64,000 nt of DNA from Cycas panzhihuaensis (Eukaryota; Plantae; Cycadophyta). Every line of letters begins with the position of its first letter. Within the stretch, counting starts at the first letter, position 1. Below are positions 12,576 through 24,861 of this stretch, piece after piece. Position numbers and translations under genes: made by a program. The stretch is taken from NCBI GenBank assembly GCA_023213395.1, contig CM041465.1, positions 141,367,741 through 141,431,740 on the forward strand, given 5' to 3'. The notes beneath the pieces were generated by a model. That model worked only from the letters and a program-made list of their open reading frames with translations. It ran no database searches and was not told the DNA's origin.

Positions 12576-14237
12576 TTTGAAAGCAATGTAATCAATAAGA
12601 AAATAATAATGCGTTTGAAAGCAAACTTAAAAAATCTTTTTCACTTATGCAAAACTGAAATAAACTTTTGAGAATGAAATATAAAGAGTTTTCAAAAATA
12701 CCAATTTCTCAAATGAGTAAATGTAAATCTTCAATGTCAGAAAAACTTCCCCTTTTTGTATAAAAATAACTTTTCTTTAAGAAAAATATATATTACCTTA
12801 TGAACAAATGCTAGTTTGAAATAACTTAAAATGCTTGTAGAAAGATCAAATAGAAACCTTGAGTTAAACAATGAGATATAAACTAGAATTTTCTTAAAAA
12901 TTTTTAAAAGAAATAAGCTTATTAGGATGTACTTGTATGCTCAAATTTAATAGCTTGAAAACTATACTGAATAATGTCAGAATAACTTAAAATTCTACCA
13001 ATATGTAGATTAATAAGGTATGAATCCAATGAAAGTAACAGTTTTGAAAATGGGTACCAATAAATCATGATTTGAATGATGCAAATGTATAGACCTTGTT
13101 ATGGGGCCTAACAAGAGCAGGGTAGTCAAAATTGCATAAAATTACTAATTAACTTTTAGAAAATGTTGAAAAAATGATCAAATATTGTTTATGAGATTGT
13201 TCAATGCACTTTCAATTGAAAATTTTTGAAAAATAAATTTAAAAAGGTGTAAAAAAATAGCAGATTGAGGCAATAAGGTACCTCAAATTTAAATGATTTA
13301 AAATTCAGGAAAAATATGTCAAAATATATTAAAAAATATGTCAAAATGAAGAGAAATGAATCAGCTTCCCAATGAAGCTGACGGAATTGAAATCTGATAT
13401 AAAATAAAAACGTTATAGTGAAAATGGTAACAGGTGTCTTTATGTAAAATCTTAAGAAACGGGCTAAAAAACAACTAAATTCCTAATTTTAGCAATTAAA
13501 ATACTAAAGAAAATGAATTCAAAAAATTGAAATAATAAGTGGGTATTGAAGTCTATAGAACATAGATCGTTATATAAGAAATCCAGGCAGAAAGTAATTT
13601 TCCAGTAATAGATTACAACCAGTTCTAAAAATGATTTTGTTAAAAGTGCATAAAAGGCTGAAAGTTTGAATGTCTGATGTTAAATTGGTCGAAATTGGGT
13701 CAAATCGGCACCAAATTGGTCATATGACTAGTCGAAATTGGTGTACAGAAAATTTCTGATCTATTGGAGGTGGTGTCGTCTGAAACTGATAAGCCAGTGA
13801 GAAGTTATGGCAAGAAAAGCTCCAATAACTCTATGAAAAAATAAAATTTGAAAAAAAATAAAGGTTAAAAGGTTATATTATTAAAGAAACTTCTTAGAAT
13901 ATGGGCCTAAGCTGGGATTGAACCCAAGATCAGTTAGGAAATAAACGCCTCCAATGCCAGGAGGGTAAACTCGCTCATCGAGTTTAAAAAACACAAAAAT
14001 TTAAAATATTCAAGCTCGGATCTTAAAGAACTATTAATTACCTTTAATTTTTTTTTAAACCTTATAAGATGAATGCATTAAACTGTAATAGAAAATCAAA
14101 TGGAAGGCATAGATGCCAATACAAATAAGTTGCAATAATGAAGTAGACATAATATTGTTGGGAGACGCGCGAAAATAATATATATACCGAGTATAATCAA
14201 ATAATATACAAGGGCACAAAACAATGATGATGCCACG

Positions 14238-14548
14238 GAAAGGCAAGCCGATAATACAACAATGAATAATGATTACAGGAAGGCAAATGCATAGATACAG
14301 AGCAGTATAGCGCTGAATAAAAACAGAAACGATAGCGCGCCGAATACAGGATGTATGGCTAGTAATACAAGACGTTAGGTGGGAGGCTTAAGAAGGCGAG
14401 CCGATAATACAACAATGAATAATGATTACAGGAAGGCAAATGTGCAGATATAGAGCAGTATAGCGCCGAATAAAAATGGAAACGGCAATGCGCCGAATGC
14501 AGGATATACGGCTAGTAATACGAGATGTTAGGCGGGAGGCTTAAGAAG
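14238..14548. repeat. Tandem duplication, 2 x 153 bp, in the C leader
   Basis: ccgataatacaacaatgaataatgattacagg at 14248 and 14401. Confidence 0.9.
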
Positions 14549-14773
14549 CCGAGGTGAGACAGTACACAGGAGTTTGTACGACACCAAGATAGCACATTAG
14601 CAGCACGCTGAACAGGAGCCTATATGGTAGGGCATACCACACAGAAGACGTGAGACGCCGAGGCCGAGACGGTAGTAGTGAGATGCAAGTCACAAGCCGA
14701 TGAGAGAGGGTTAATAATGAGGCTTGGCTAATAGATGGAGACGAAGGCCGAGGCGCTAGCAGTGCACCGAATA

Positions 14774-14980
14774 GGGGGAAAGACAGACTGAATCTCAATG
14801 AAGTGATACGAAAGGGGTGTTGGGTGTAAACTAAAATCGTTCAAACTAAACGGGGGAAGGCAGACAGAATCTCAATGAAGTGATATGAGAGGGGTGTTAG
14901 GTGCAAACTAAAATCGTTCAAACTAAATGGGGAAGGTAGACATAATCTCAATGAAGTGATACAAGAGGGGTGTTGGGTGT
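14774..14980. repeat. Tandem repeat, ~77 bp x 2.7, in the C leader
   Basis: aatctcaatgaagtgata at 14791, 14868 and 14944. Confidence 0.9.
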
Positions 14981-17671
14981 AGATGTAAATGCTATATGTA
15001 TATTGATGCATATTTTGTAAGAAAATGGTTATATATATATGCTGAGATTAAGCCAACACAGAGGTGTTAGAAACAACACTACAGATGCATGGGGACACAA
15101 GAAAACTAGATCACACAAACCACAGATCTATCGAGCGCATAAGATAATAAAGCATATATTGAAGATCAAAGGAACAAAGTAAAAAATATATATCAAAGAA
15201 GTTTATTTATTTATATGTTGAAGATCAAAGGAACGGAGAACGTAGCTGCCTGGTTGCAGATTGTTGTGCAGATTTCTGAGCAAGAGAACTTCTTTCACAA
15301 TGGATGAAATTCTGATCCGTCTTCTCCAATGAACAGATGAGCTCACCAGAATCTTAACAAGCAGTCATATACATATGTTTTGCCAGATGTATAAGCAGCT
15401 AAATCAGAAAATAGGCAACAGTATCAATGTGGCTCTGATACCAAATGATGGAAACAATAATAGTAGGAGAACAGGGCAGAACATATATCAAATAACTATA
15501 AACCAATATTGCATCAATACATTAATGTATCACAATCACAATAGCATAAAAACATGAAATCCTTGTTGTTCAATCCATTGTAGTAGAAATGAGCATTACA
15601 AATCTCCTCAAAGAAGGTGGTGTCTAAAGACACCAGGGTTGTACACCCCACAATATAAATAGTTTTGGGGGAGGAGGGAAACTCCTCAACCCCTGAATTC
15701 AAATTAATAATAAAATAATGTTCACTTAACTCAAATGAAACTAACTCAACTTACCTTAACTTACCTTGACATGTTAGCATCACATGTCTAAATTGAGGTG
15801 CATAAGCCTGGTAGGTAGGAGGGAGTTGAGTGATGACATTACACTCCAACATAAACAATCCTCTATCAATGTTTGGTAGGCTCCCTCTCTTCACCTCTAT
15901 AACTTTCATTACAAAATTATTTGTTATAAAAAATTGTTAAGACTATTACACTTCTAAAATAATAAATTTAAAATTCGTATATAATTATACTTCTAAAAGA
16001 TAAACCCCTAAAGCTATAAGGCATATGAATACACATAAATTGAACCTATAATAGTAGTACCTCCTAAATATAATAACACAAGCACATAGTCTTAATCTCA
16101 ATAAGCAATAATATAATAATAATCTAAAAGGCACCATAGTGTGAATTATTCCTATCTAAACCTTTAATAAAATTTCTAAATTCAACACCTAATTGAGTCT
16201 ATTCCTTATTTTTAGTCTATTTTATTTATTAAAAAGATAAAACAAAAAAGAAAAAGAAGAAGAGACTATAGGGTCACTTTATCAAATACTCTTTTGTTTT
16301 TTATGAAACTTGCACCATTAGACCTATGATTAAAAAAAAAAAAAAGTCCCATGAAAAACATTTTACCCTATTAATTTGTACATCTTATGTTGATCAATGT
16401 ATCATATTGATTAATTTACACTAGGTTAGTTTTAACTATCACTTTTAGTAAATATCACCCAAATGGCACCTGTGGGCACCATAATTAGAAATTTTTACTT
16501 AAATTTTATGTATACCATTTTGACAAGTTTTTTGTATTCATTCTAATTTACTAGGTGATTTCCTTATCTATATTTTTATGGTTAATAGGTTATAGATACT
16601 ATGTGCGCCCCCTCCCCCTGATCTGAATTTTGAATGGGAAAGTGAAGACTTTAACTAATTGAAACAAAATCCAGAATAATTTACATTATTATTACATAGA
16701 ATTAAAAATATTTAGAATTTTCTTACAAAACTCCTTTTGTTTGTGCTCTATTGAGCATGCAAGGGACTGCTATTCGTTCTCTAGAACCTCCGTCTTCAAA
16801 GTCTGCAAAACGTTTTTGGTCATTTATTACCAAAAACCCCTTTTTGGTGAAGAAAATTTGGCTAGCGTCTCTTTCTGGGACTGTTGCTACTACTATCTTC
16901 TCCACTCGGCTGCAACTTCGATCTTCCGGGCTCTTTCACGATCCCCGCAACATGTTTATTCTACTACACTTCCATCTTCTTCTCTCTCAATGCAGATTTT
17001 CAGTCTTTGGAGCCGTTCTCTTTCTGAAAAGTGATTTATTGAAGCTCTCCTTGAATCTTGCTCTATACTGCATCTAGGGCTGCGGTGTCCTCTTTTTCTT
17101 GTTGAAAATCTCTGTCGAATTTCCCCTGAGTTCCTCTCCAAATTTTTGCTTAAAAGCATTTTCATTTGTAAGAGGTTTTTCTGTTTTATAATGGATTCCA
17201 AAATGGCTTGTGAAGTCTTGGAAAAATCCTTTTAATTTGGAAATTTTCCTCTTTAAATGTGTAGAGGACAAGTATGCGTACTCTCTCCTTGAATTTCGTG
17301 TGAAACGGATCCTGTTTGCACTGCCAAAATCATTCCCGTTTTTATTATTTTTCCATTTTTTAACTTTTAGGTAGCAGCCTCGCCACGTAGCACTGCGGCG
17401 ATTGCCTCACCTACGTAGTAGTGATAGCACCTGCATAGTAGTCATAACACCTTGGTAGCACCTATTTGTACTTGTAGAAATATATTTTTTTACATTTTTT
17501 AAGCCTTTTAAAGGCATATTTCTACTAAATGAAGACCATTAAGCCTTTTTAAGGTAATTTTCTACTACATAAAGACCATTTACATGAAAAATAAAGTATT
17601 TTAAGAGTATTTAAGATCTGAAAATGGATCAGAACTCCCCTTTTTTGGGAGTTCATGGCCTCATGAACTTT

Positions 17672-20600
17672 ATAGTTGAAGATAAGGGAGTTTGATTTTC
17701 CCTATCTCTTTATTGTACCATTTTGCTTTGTTAGGTACTTATCCTCTTTCTGCAATTCTAAAGGACTCGATTATGCCTCTTCGAGTCTTGGTCTACTTCC
17801 TTTAAAGAATGCAATCATTTTGCATTAGTTCCTCTTTCTCTATTCACAACTCCTCTGGGTTTGGTAAGAGTGGAACTTTGACTTCATTTTCATCCAAAAT
17901 GGATGGCTCAAACATATTCAGATTCTCAACATTCACTACGGAATACATCTTCATGAATTCTGGAAGTTCAAGCTAGAAAACGTTTTCCCCAATTTTCTTC
18001 AAGATTGAAAAAGGACCATATCGTAAAGGCTTTAGCTTTTTGCCTTCACCTTGCAATCTTTTCTTATTGAGTTGCAACCAAACTCTATCTCCTTCCTTAA
18101 AGGAATGGCTGGTTCTATGTGCATCATACCACTGTTTGTATCTCTGTTGAGATTTTTGAAGCTGCTCTTTGACCTGTTGATGGATTTTTTTTATTCTTTC
18201 CAAGAATCTTTGTGCCTTTTCATCTCCTTCTTCCTCCTTTCCATTTCTTGTAGAAAATTAAGCAGAGAATTCTAGATCGAAAAGATTTGTAGGGAAAAAT
18301 CCCAAACATACCTCAAATGGTGATTTCTAGGTTGAGATATGGATAGCTCTGTTGAATGCAAATTGCAAGTATGGGAGACTTCCATCCCAAGTCTTAGGAT
18401 GCTTGGCATTGTATCCTCGTAACAGCTGTACCAATGTCATGTTGACAACTTCAGTCTGGCCATCTGTTTGAGGATGAAAAGTTGTACTCATCTTTAGCTT
18501 CGTATCCATCATTCCCCAAAGTATTTGCCAAAAATGACTTAGAAATATGCTGTCTCGATCAGAAATGATTGAGTTGGGAAGTCCAAAATACTTCCAAACA
18601 TGCTAGAAAAATAATCTAGCTATGTCTTCTCCTATATGTGTCTTCCTACAGGGAATCAACATCACCATTTTACTGAACCGATCAACAACTACAAACAAAT
18701 AATCCATACCATTTTTGGCTTGTGGTAGTCCTCCCAAGAAATCCATTGAGATACTTTCCCATGGTCGTGATGGAACAGGAAGTGGAATGTACAATCCAAA
18801 CTTCCTATTGGCCAGCTTTAATGTGCTACATAATGTACACCCTCGTACTGCTATAGTTACATCTTGCTGCATGTTTGGCCAATACATATATCGCTATAAG
18901 TTTAGCAACATCTTTCCTACTCCAAAGTGTCCTACAACTCGAGAGGTATGAGCTTCTCTTATCCACTTCATTTGGTCTTCATGTTGTGGAATGCAAAGCT
19001 TGTCTTGCTTGCAAAGAAGTTCATCTTTCAACTGGAAATCAGCAACTACTTTTCCTTGTTGTAGCTGCTCAAAGATAGGCTTGAATGCCTCATCTTTCAA
19101 ATACAAATCAATATATTCATCATGGCAGAAAGGTTGAAATTGCGTGGCTACCAATAAACTAGAAATACCTTATTGTTGAGGAGGTCTAGACAGCAAGTCT
19201 GCAATCTTATTTGTCGTTCCTTTCTTGTATTTAACCACAATGTGAAACTGCTGCAAATAGGACATCCACTTCATATGCCTAGCCTGCTACAATTTGGATT
19301 AAGTTTGCAGAAATTGCAAAGGCTTGTGGTCAGTGTGGATGACCACTTCTTTTCCCAACAAATAGTGTCTCCAATGCTTCATTGCTTGGTGTAATGCATA
19401 GAGCTCCTTATCGTAAGTTGGATAGTTTATGATAGCTCCATTAAATGTCTCTAAATGGTATGCTATCGGTTTTCCTTCTTGCTTCAATAATGCTCCCATG
19501 GCATAGCTTGAAGCATCAGTCTCCAATTCAAATGGCTTTTGTAGTGAGGGTAAAGCTAATACTGGTGCCTCACAGATTTTCTACTTCAAAAGCCTGAAAG
19601 CTTTTTCTTGTTCATTTTCCCAATGAAACTTTGCATGTTCTCCTATCAATGCATGAAGAGGTGCTGCAATTTGAGAGAATCTAAAAATAAATTTTCTTAA
19701 ATATTGACATGCACCAATGAAACTTCTTACCTTTGTGGTTGTCTTGGGTGTGGGCCAATTGAGAATGACTTTAATCTTTGATGGGTCAATCTTCAATTCT
19801 CCTCCTCCAACCACGAAACCTAAGAAAATGAGAGATTGTTTTCCAAGCTCGCACTTCTTTAGATTTAGTTTCAACTGCAGCTCTTGGAGAACTTTAAGCA
19901 CTTGCTCGACATGTTGGAGGTGCTCCTCCCATGTATGGCTAAAAATCAGAATATCATCTAGACAAACAATTACAAAGTCATCAATGAAGGGTCTTAATAC
20001 CTCATTCATCAACCTCATGAAGGTGGCAGGTGCATTGCACAGACCAAATGACATCACCAACCATTCGAACAATCCTTGCTTCGATTTGAAGGCTGTCTTC
20101 CAAGTATCCTCCTCTCAGATTCGAACCTAATGGTAGCCTGATTTCATGTCCATTTTGCTGAAATATCTTGCTGACTGTAGCTGGTCCAACAAGTCATCTA
20201 TCCGCGATAAGGGATATCTATTCTTTATGGTGATCTTGTTCAAAGCCTAGTAGTCAATGCACATTCTCCATCCTCCATCTTTCTTTGGCACCAAAATAAT
20301 AGGTGATCCACATGGGGAACAACTTGGCTTGATTACTCCCTATTCCAAGAGTTCTTGAATCTGCCTATTAATCTCTTCATTCTCCAAAACTGAGCTTCGA
20401 TAGAGACTAAGATTTGGCAAAGGTGAATCAGCAACCAGTTGGATTTCATATTCAATTGCCCTTTTAGGGGGCAGCCCTTTTGAACCTTGGAATATGTCAC
20501 TATACCTATTCCTTAGGCCTTCAATCTGCTACACTTGCTTCCTATCCAGTGCCTATATTAAGGACTCTGCTTGCTTGTTTTCTTCCACCTTTGGCTTTAT

Positions 20601-20914
20601 CATTAGCAGCACAAACTTCCTACAAGCATTAATTAATCTTTTCACTTGTTGGGAAGATATTAGAGAAATCTTCTTTTGTGGCTTTGATGCATTGATCAAA
20701 TATGATCTCCCATCCTTGATGAGTCGAATCTTTCTTAGCCTCCTATGATGAACTCCATCTCTATCATAGAGATATGGGCTGCTAAACACAACTTGACAAA
20801 CATTCAAAGGGACTACTTCACATTCAACTTCATCAATGAACTTTTCAGAAATTACAAATTTAAACTTATATTGGTGAGTAATTTGCAACTCTGAATCTTT
20901 TTGCAACCATCCAA
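17672..20914 (-). pseudogene. Element D pol (PR C-terminal part, RT, RH, INT) with stops
   Basis: FEWLVMSFGLCNAPATFMR..VCLDDILIFS (RT); ETDASSYAMG (RH); PWESISMDFLGGLP..VVVDRFSKM, FHPQTDGQTEVVN, LRYGPF (INT). Confidence 0.9.
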
Positions 20915-22174
20915 TGTTGGGAATAATCCCAATGTTTGTGCACTAGAGCGCTTAGGGCCCCTCAAAGCCACCTTTGAGGGCCCCTAGGGCACCTTGAACC
21001 GTTCAGCAGCCGCCCGGACCGACCACTCACGTGAGGTACGTATTTACCGTTATTTATTTTTTATATTTTTTCAAACTAACCTTAATTGTTGTGCAGCTAG
21101 GGTGATGGCGCCCGACGCCTCCCGAATCTCTATTTAAGGGTTGGGAATACCTCCCTGGTGTTTATTAACACCGCCACTCTTTCAGAAATCGCCGTTGTAC
21201 TCAAGATGAAAGTCGCGTGATGTCCTGCTCTGCTCCTCCGGCTCCATCATTTGGTATCAGAGCTAAGTTGAGCTAGGTTGTCATTTTTCTGATTTTAGTT
21301 GCTCAAACGTCCGACGGAACATAGCTATATGACTGCTCGTTGAGATTCTGGCGAGCTCACCGATCTGCTGGAGAAGACGGTTCTGGATTCCATCCACTGT
21401 GGAGGAAGATCTCTCGCTCGGAAGTCTGCTCTCCACACGGAAACCAGGTTCCACGTTTCATTTTTTATTTTTATAAATATTTTTGAAATATGCCTCTTAT
21501 TTGCTCCTTTTGATCTCCGATATATATGCAGTTGAATATATGTGCACTTGATAGATTTATAGTTTATATACTAGATTAATTTTTTTTACAATTTATACAT
21601 CTGTTTCCAAACATATATAGCCGTTTGTTCTGTTGATTCTCTCTGCTATTGGGCCGTCCCGTTTTCTGCATGTATTTGCTGCGTTAACTCTGCCCATCGC
21701 CCTATATTCTCTGTACACCCACGCCCAGCACTTAATAATATCCTCTGCCTGAGATAGTATTGGCTCCACTTCCTTGCCCTGTGTGCTCTGCGTGTTTTGG
21801 CGTCCGAGCCCGTTCCGTGCCCGTCGTTCTGTGCAGCAACTGGCGTCCTCGGCCCCTCCGTGACGACCTGGATCCCGTTGCGTCGCCCTCCCACGGTTCG
21901 TCTGCTCTACGGCGGTGCGTCGCCGCCCGATTTGCGTCGTTTCGCCGCGCTGCATCCTGGTGACGTTCCGGCCCTTCGTGGTGACGTTCCGGCCCCTCTC
22001 TTGTGTGCTCGCCGCGCTGCGTCGCCCAGATAACTCGGTCTCTGCGCCGCCGACCTTTCTTTAAATCGCTATCCGTGCCCGCCTTTCGCCATTCCCGTGT
22101 TTATCCGGTGCGTGCATCGATCTCGCCGTCGCCGCCTTCTCCGTCGTCGTGAGGCGCGCCGCCCTCGCCCGTCC

Positions 22175-22374
22175 GTGCGAGACGCCACGACGGACTAACT
22201 CTGCCCCGTCCGTGTGAGACGCCACGGACTCGTCCGAACTCTGCCCTCTCCGTTTCACGTCTGCTGCCTGCCTCGTGTGAGACGCCACGACGGACTAACT
22301 CTGCCCCGTCCGTGTGAGACGCCACGGACTCGTCCGAACTCTGCCCTCTCCGTTTCACGTCTGCTGCCTGCCTC
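22175..22374. repeat. Near-perfect 2 x 100 bp tandem duplication in the GC-rich E leader
   Basis: gacgccacgacggactaactctgcc at 22181 and 22281. Confidence 0.92.
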
Positions 22375-24861
22375 CTGTGCATCGGCGTAGTTCGGGCTCC
22401 CGTGTGATCTCAGATCCCTCCCAGCGCTGCAATACTCCGTTCTCTTTAATAATTCATTTCCCTATTACTATTATTTCAAGTTTATTTGCGTTGCTATTTA
22501 AATCGCCTTTCTTTGTGTGCGATTATATTCGCCTTATAAATCTCGCTTTATAAATCACTTCGGTTTATAAATCACTTTGTGCATTTATTCATTTCATTTG
22601 CGTCTCCCTCATTCGGCTGTTTGCGCCATTCATAATCATATTTCAATTTATTATATATTTGTTCAACTCCGTTTTTAAGGGTTTATGTTCTCTTTTAAAC
22701 ATGACGAGCGAGTTCACCCTCCTGGCATCGGAGGTTTCTGCTTCCTGACTGGTCGTGGGTTCAATCCCAGCCCAGTACATCCTCAGACACGTTTTAATAA
22801 GTGTTTTTTTCAATTGTAAACTTTATTTTTTCAAAATTTCATTTTTTTTTAGGGTTATTGGCGCATGTTTTGGCCATAACTTCCCCCTGGCTCATCGGTT
22901 TCAGACGAAACCTGTGCCATCAGATCAGAAATTTTTCGTAGATCAATTTCCACTCGTCATAAGACCGATTTGGTGCCCATTTGACCTCGTTTCACCCTTT
23001 TTAACATTGGACTTTCGAAATTTCAGCAGTTTTTACCTTTTTGATAAAATCGGTTTTTGAACTGGCTACTATTTATTGTTGGTAAACTGTTTTGTATCTG
23101 AATTTTTCCTATTGTGATCTGCGTCATATACACTCTAATACCCATCTTTTATTTTTATTTTTTGACTTCATTTTCACTGATATTTTAATCGTTAAAATAA
23201 GAAAATTAGTTGTTTTTCCCTGTTTCTTGACCATTCTCCATAAAGATACTTGTCACTTTTTTTACTATAACTTTTGCAATTTTTATCAGATTTCATTTCC
23301 GTCAGCTTCGTTGGGAAGCTGACTCATTTCTCTTCACTGTGATATATTTTTTCATATATTTTGACACATTTTGCTTATATTTCAAATCAGCTAAAGTTGA
23401 GTCATTTTATTGGCCTAAATCAGCTTTTCTTACACCTGTTTAATATATTCTTTCAAATATCTTCAATTGGCAGAATATTAATTACTTCATCAATAATATT
23501 TGATCATTTGTTCAGCTTTTCTAAGGATTAATTAGTACTTTTATACAATTTGTTTACTACCACCTCTGTTAGGCTCCATAAGGAGGTCCTTTTCTTAGCA
23601 TCATTCAAAACGTGACTTATTGGTATCATTTTTCAAAACCGTCTGTCTTATTGGATTCACATTTCAGCAATCTACATATTGATAAAATTTTAAGCTATTT
23701 TGACCTCATTCAATATCGTTTTCAATCTGTTAAAGTTGAGTATATATACTCATCCTAACAAGCTTGTCTTCATTTCAAAAATTGTAAAGAAAATTCTAGT
23801 TTACTCAAAGTTTTTTGCTTGATCTTGCTACATGCACTTTACATTATTTTGAATAAGTATTTATTTATAAGGCAATACATAAAAGTTATTCTTAAAAGAA
23901 GTTTTTTTTACATTGAAGATTTATTATTCATTTGAGAAATTGGCATCTGTTTATCTATTCTCAAAAGTTTTATTTTTAAATCTTGCATAAGTGAAAAGTT
24001 TTTGAGCATCATTACTTCCTTTTTTGATTAAAAGTGTATCAAAGTTCTTCTTCATTATTGGAAAATATCATCCTTCTTGCACTTATAAAAGAAAAATTGC
24101 ATTTGTTTGAAGGACATTATATATTTTTTTTGAAAAAAAGCAAAAAGAGTTTTTTTTGTAAAAGTTTTCATTTCATCTTGCTTACAGCATTTTTTTCTAT
24201 TATCAAAAGAATTTTTCTTTTTCTAAGCAAGACCACATTGCTAAATAGATTAGTTTTCACATTAAATAAGATAAATCCCGAATTGAACCACACTTTTTTC
24301 CAGCCTTGCAAGGGGCAGTTAGGACCCACAGGTTACCACCACTTTGCGCTAATCGGCCTACTCATATTGGATGAGGACACCATTAGCTATCAGGTGTATA
24401 TGGTGGCAGGCTGAGGTGCGGAACCTTTTTCCTTTTATGGTGTTCGGAGACCAAGGCTAGACACGGAGGGTGAGTGCCTTTGGTTCGAGAACCTTCACCG
24501 CTAGATCCGTAGTTAGGCATAAATCCGGTGGTGGACCAACAATTCAGGGGGGTGTCAAAGCCTTCTTAGCAGCCCACGTACTGAGGTATATAGAGCCTAG
24601 CGCTCGATCTTGTATAAAGGGTCCTGTTTTGCCATCGTAGGCGGGCGCCATTATCGATGTAGCAGAAGGTTGCCCCAGGAGAAACATAAACTTAGAGCCT
24701 AGTAGCCTTTCTAGGTCCTAGTTCATTTGTTCAAACTTTTGAAAACCTTGGGATATATATATTTTGAAATAATCTCTTTCATTTTAAGTTCTTTCCAATT
24801 TTCTACATTCATATATTTTTGCTATTGCATTCATCCCATTTTTATACAACCTTAATTTAAA

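Larger units (their letters stand above)
11412..15851 (-). mobile_element. Element C: complete non-autonomous gag-only (TR-GAG-like) LTR element, 4440 bp
   Basis: LTRs 11412-11818 and 15446-15851 (roughly 14 substitutions and 1 indel by eye); perfect TSD TAAAC; PBS TGGTATCAGAGCC (15431-15443); PPT AAGGGGGAGAA next to the 3' LTR; no pol. Confidence 0.92.

Noticed and set aside
16723-17271. Short ORFs repeated at 31028-31425
   Set aside because: They lie inside the two LTRs of element D and are similar only because the LTRs are; no domain evidence.
21593-22553. Overlapping Arg/Ala-rich ORFs on both strands
   Set aside because: Expected by chance in a GC-rich tandemly duplicated leader; no recognisable domains.
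22718-22790. tRNA gene
   Set aside because: Only a B-box-like motif and one hairpin; no acceptor stem or canonical anticodon loop.
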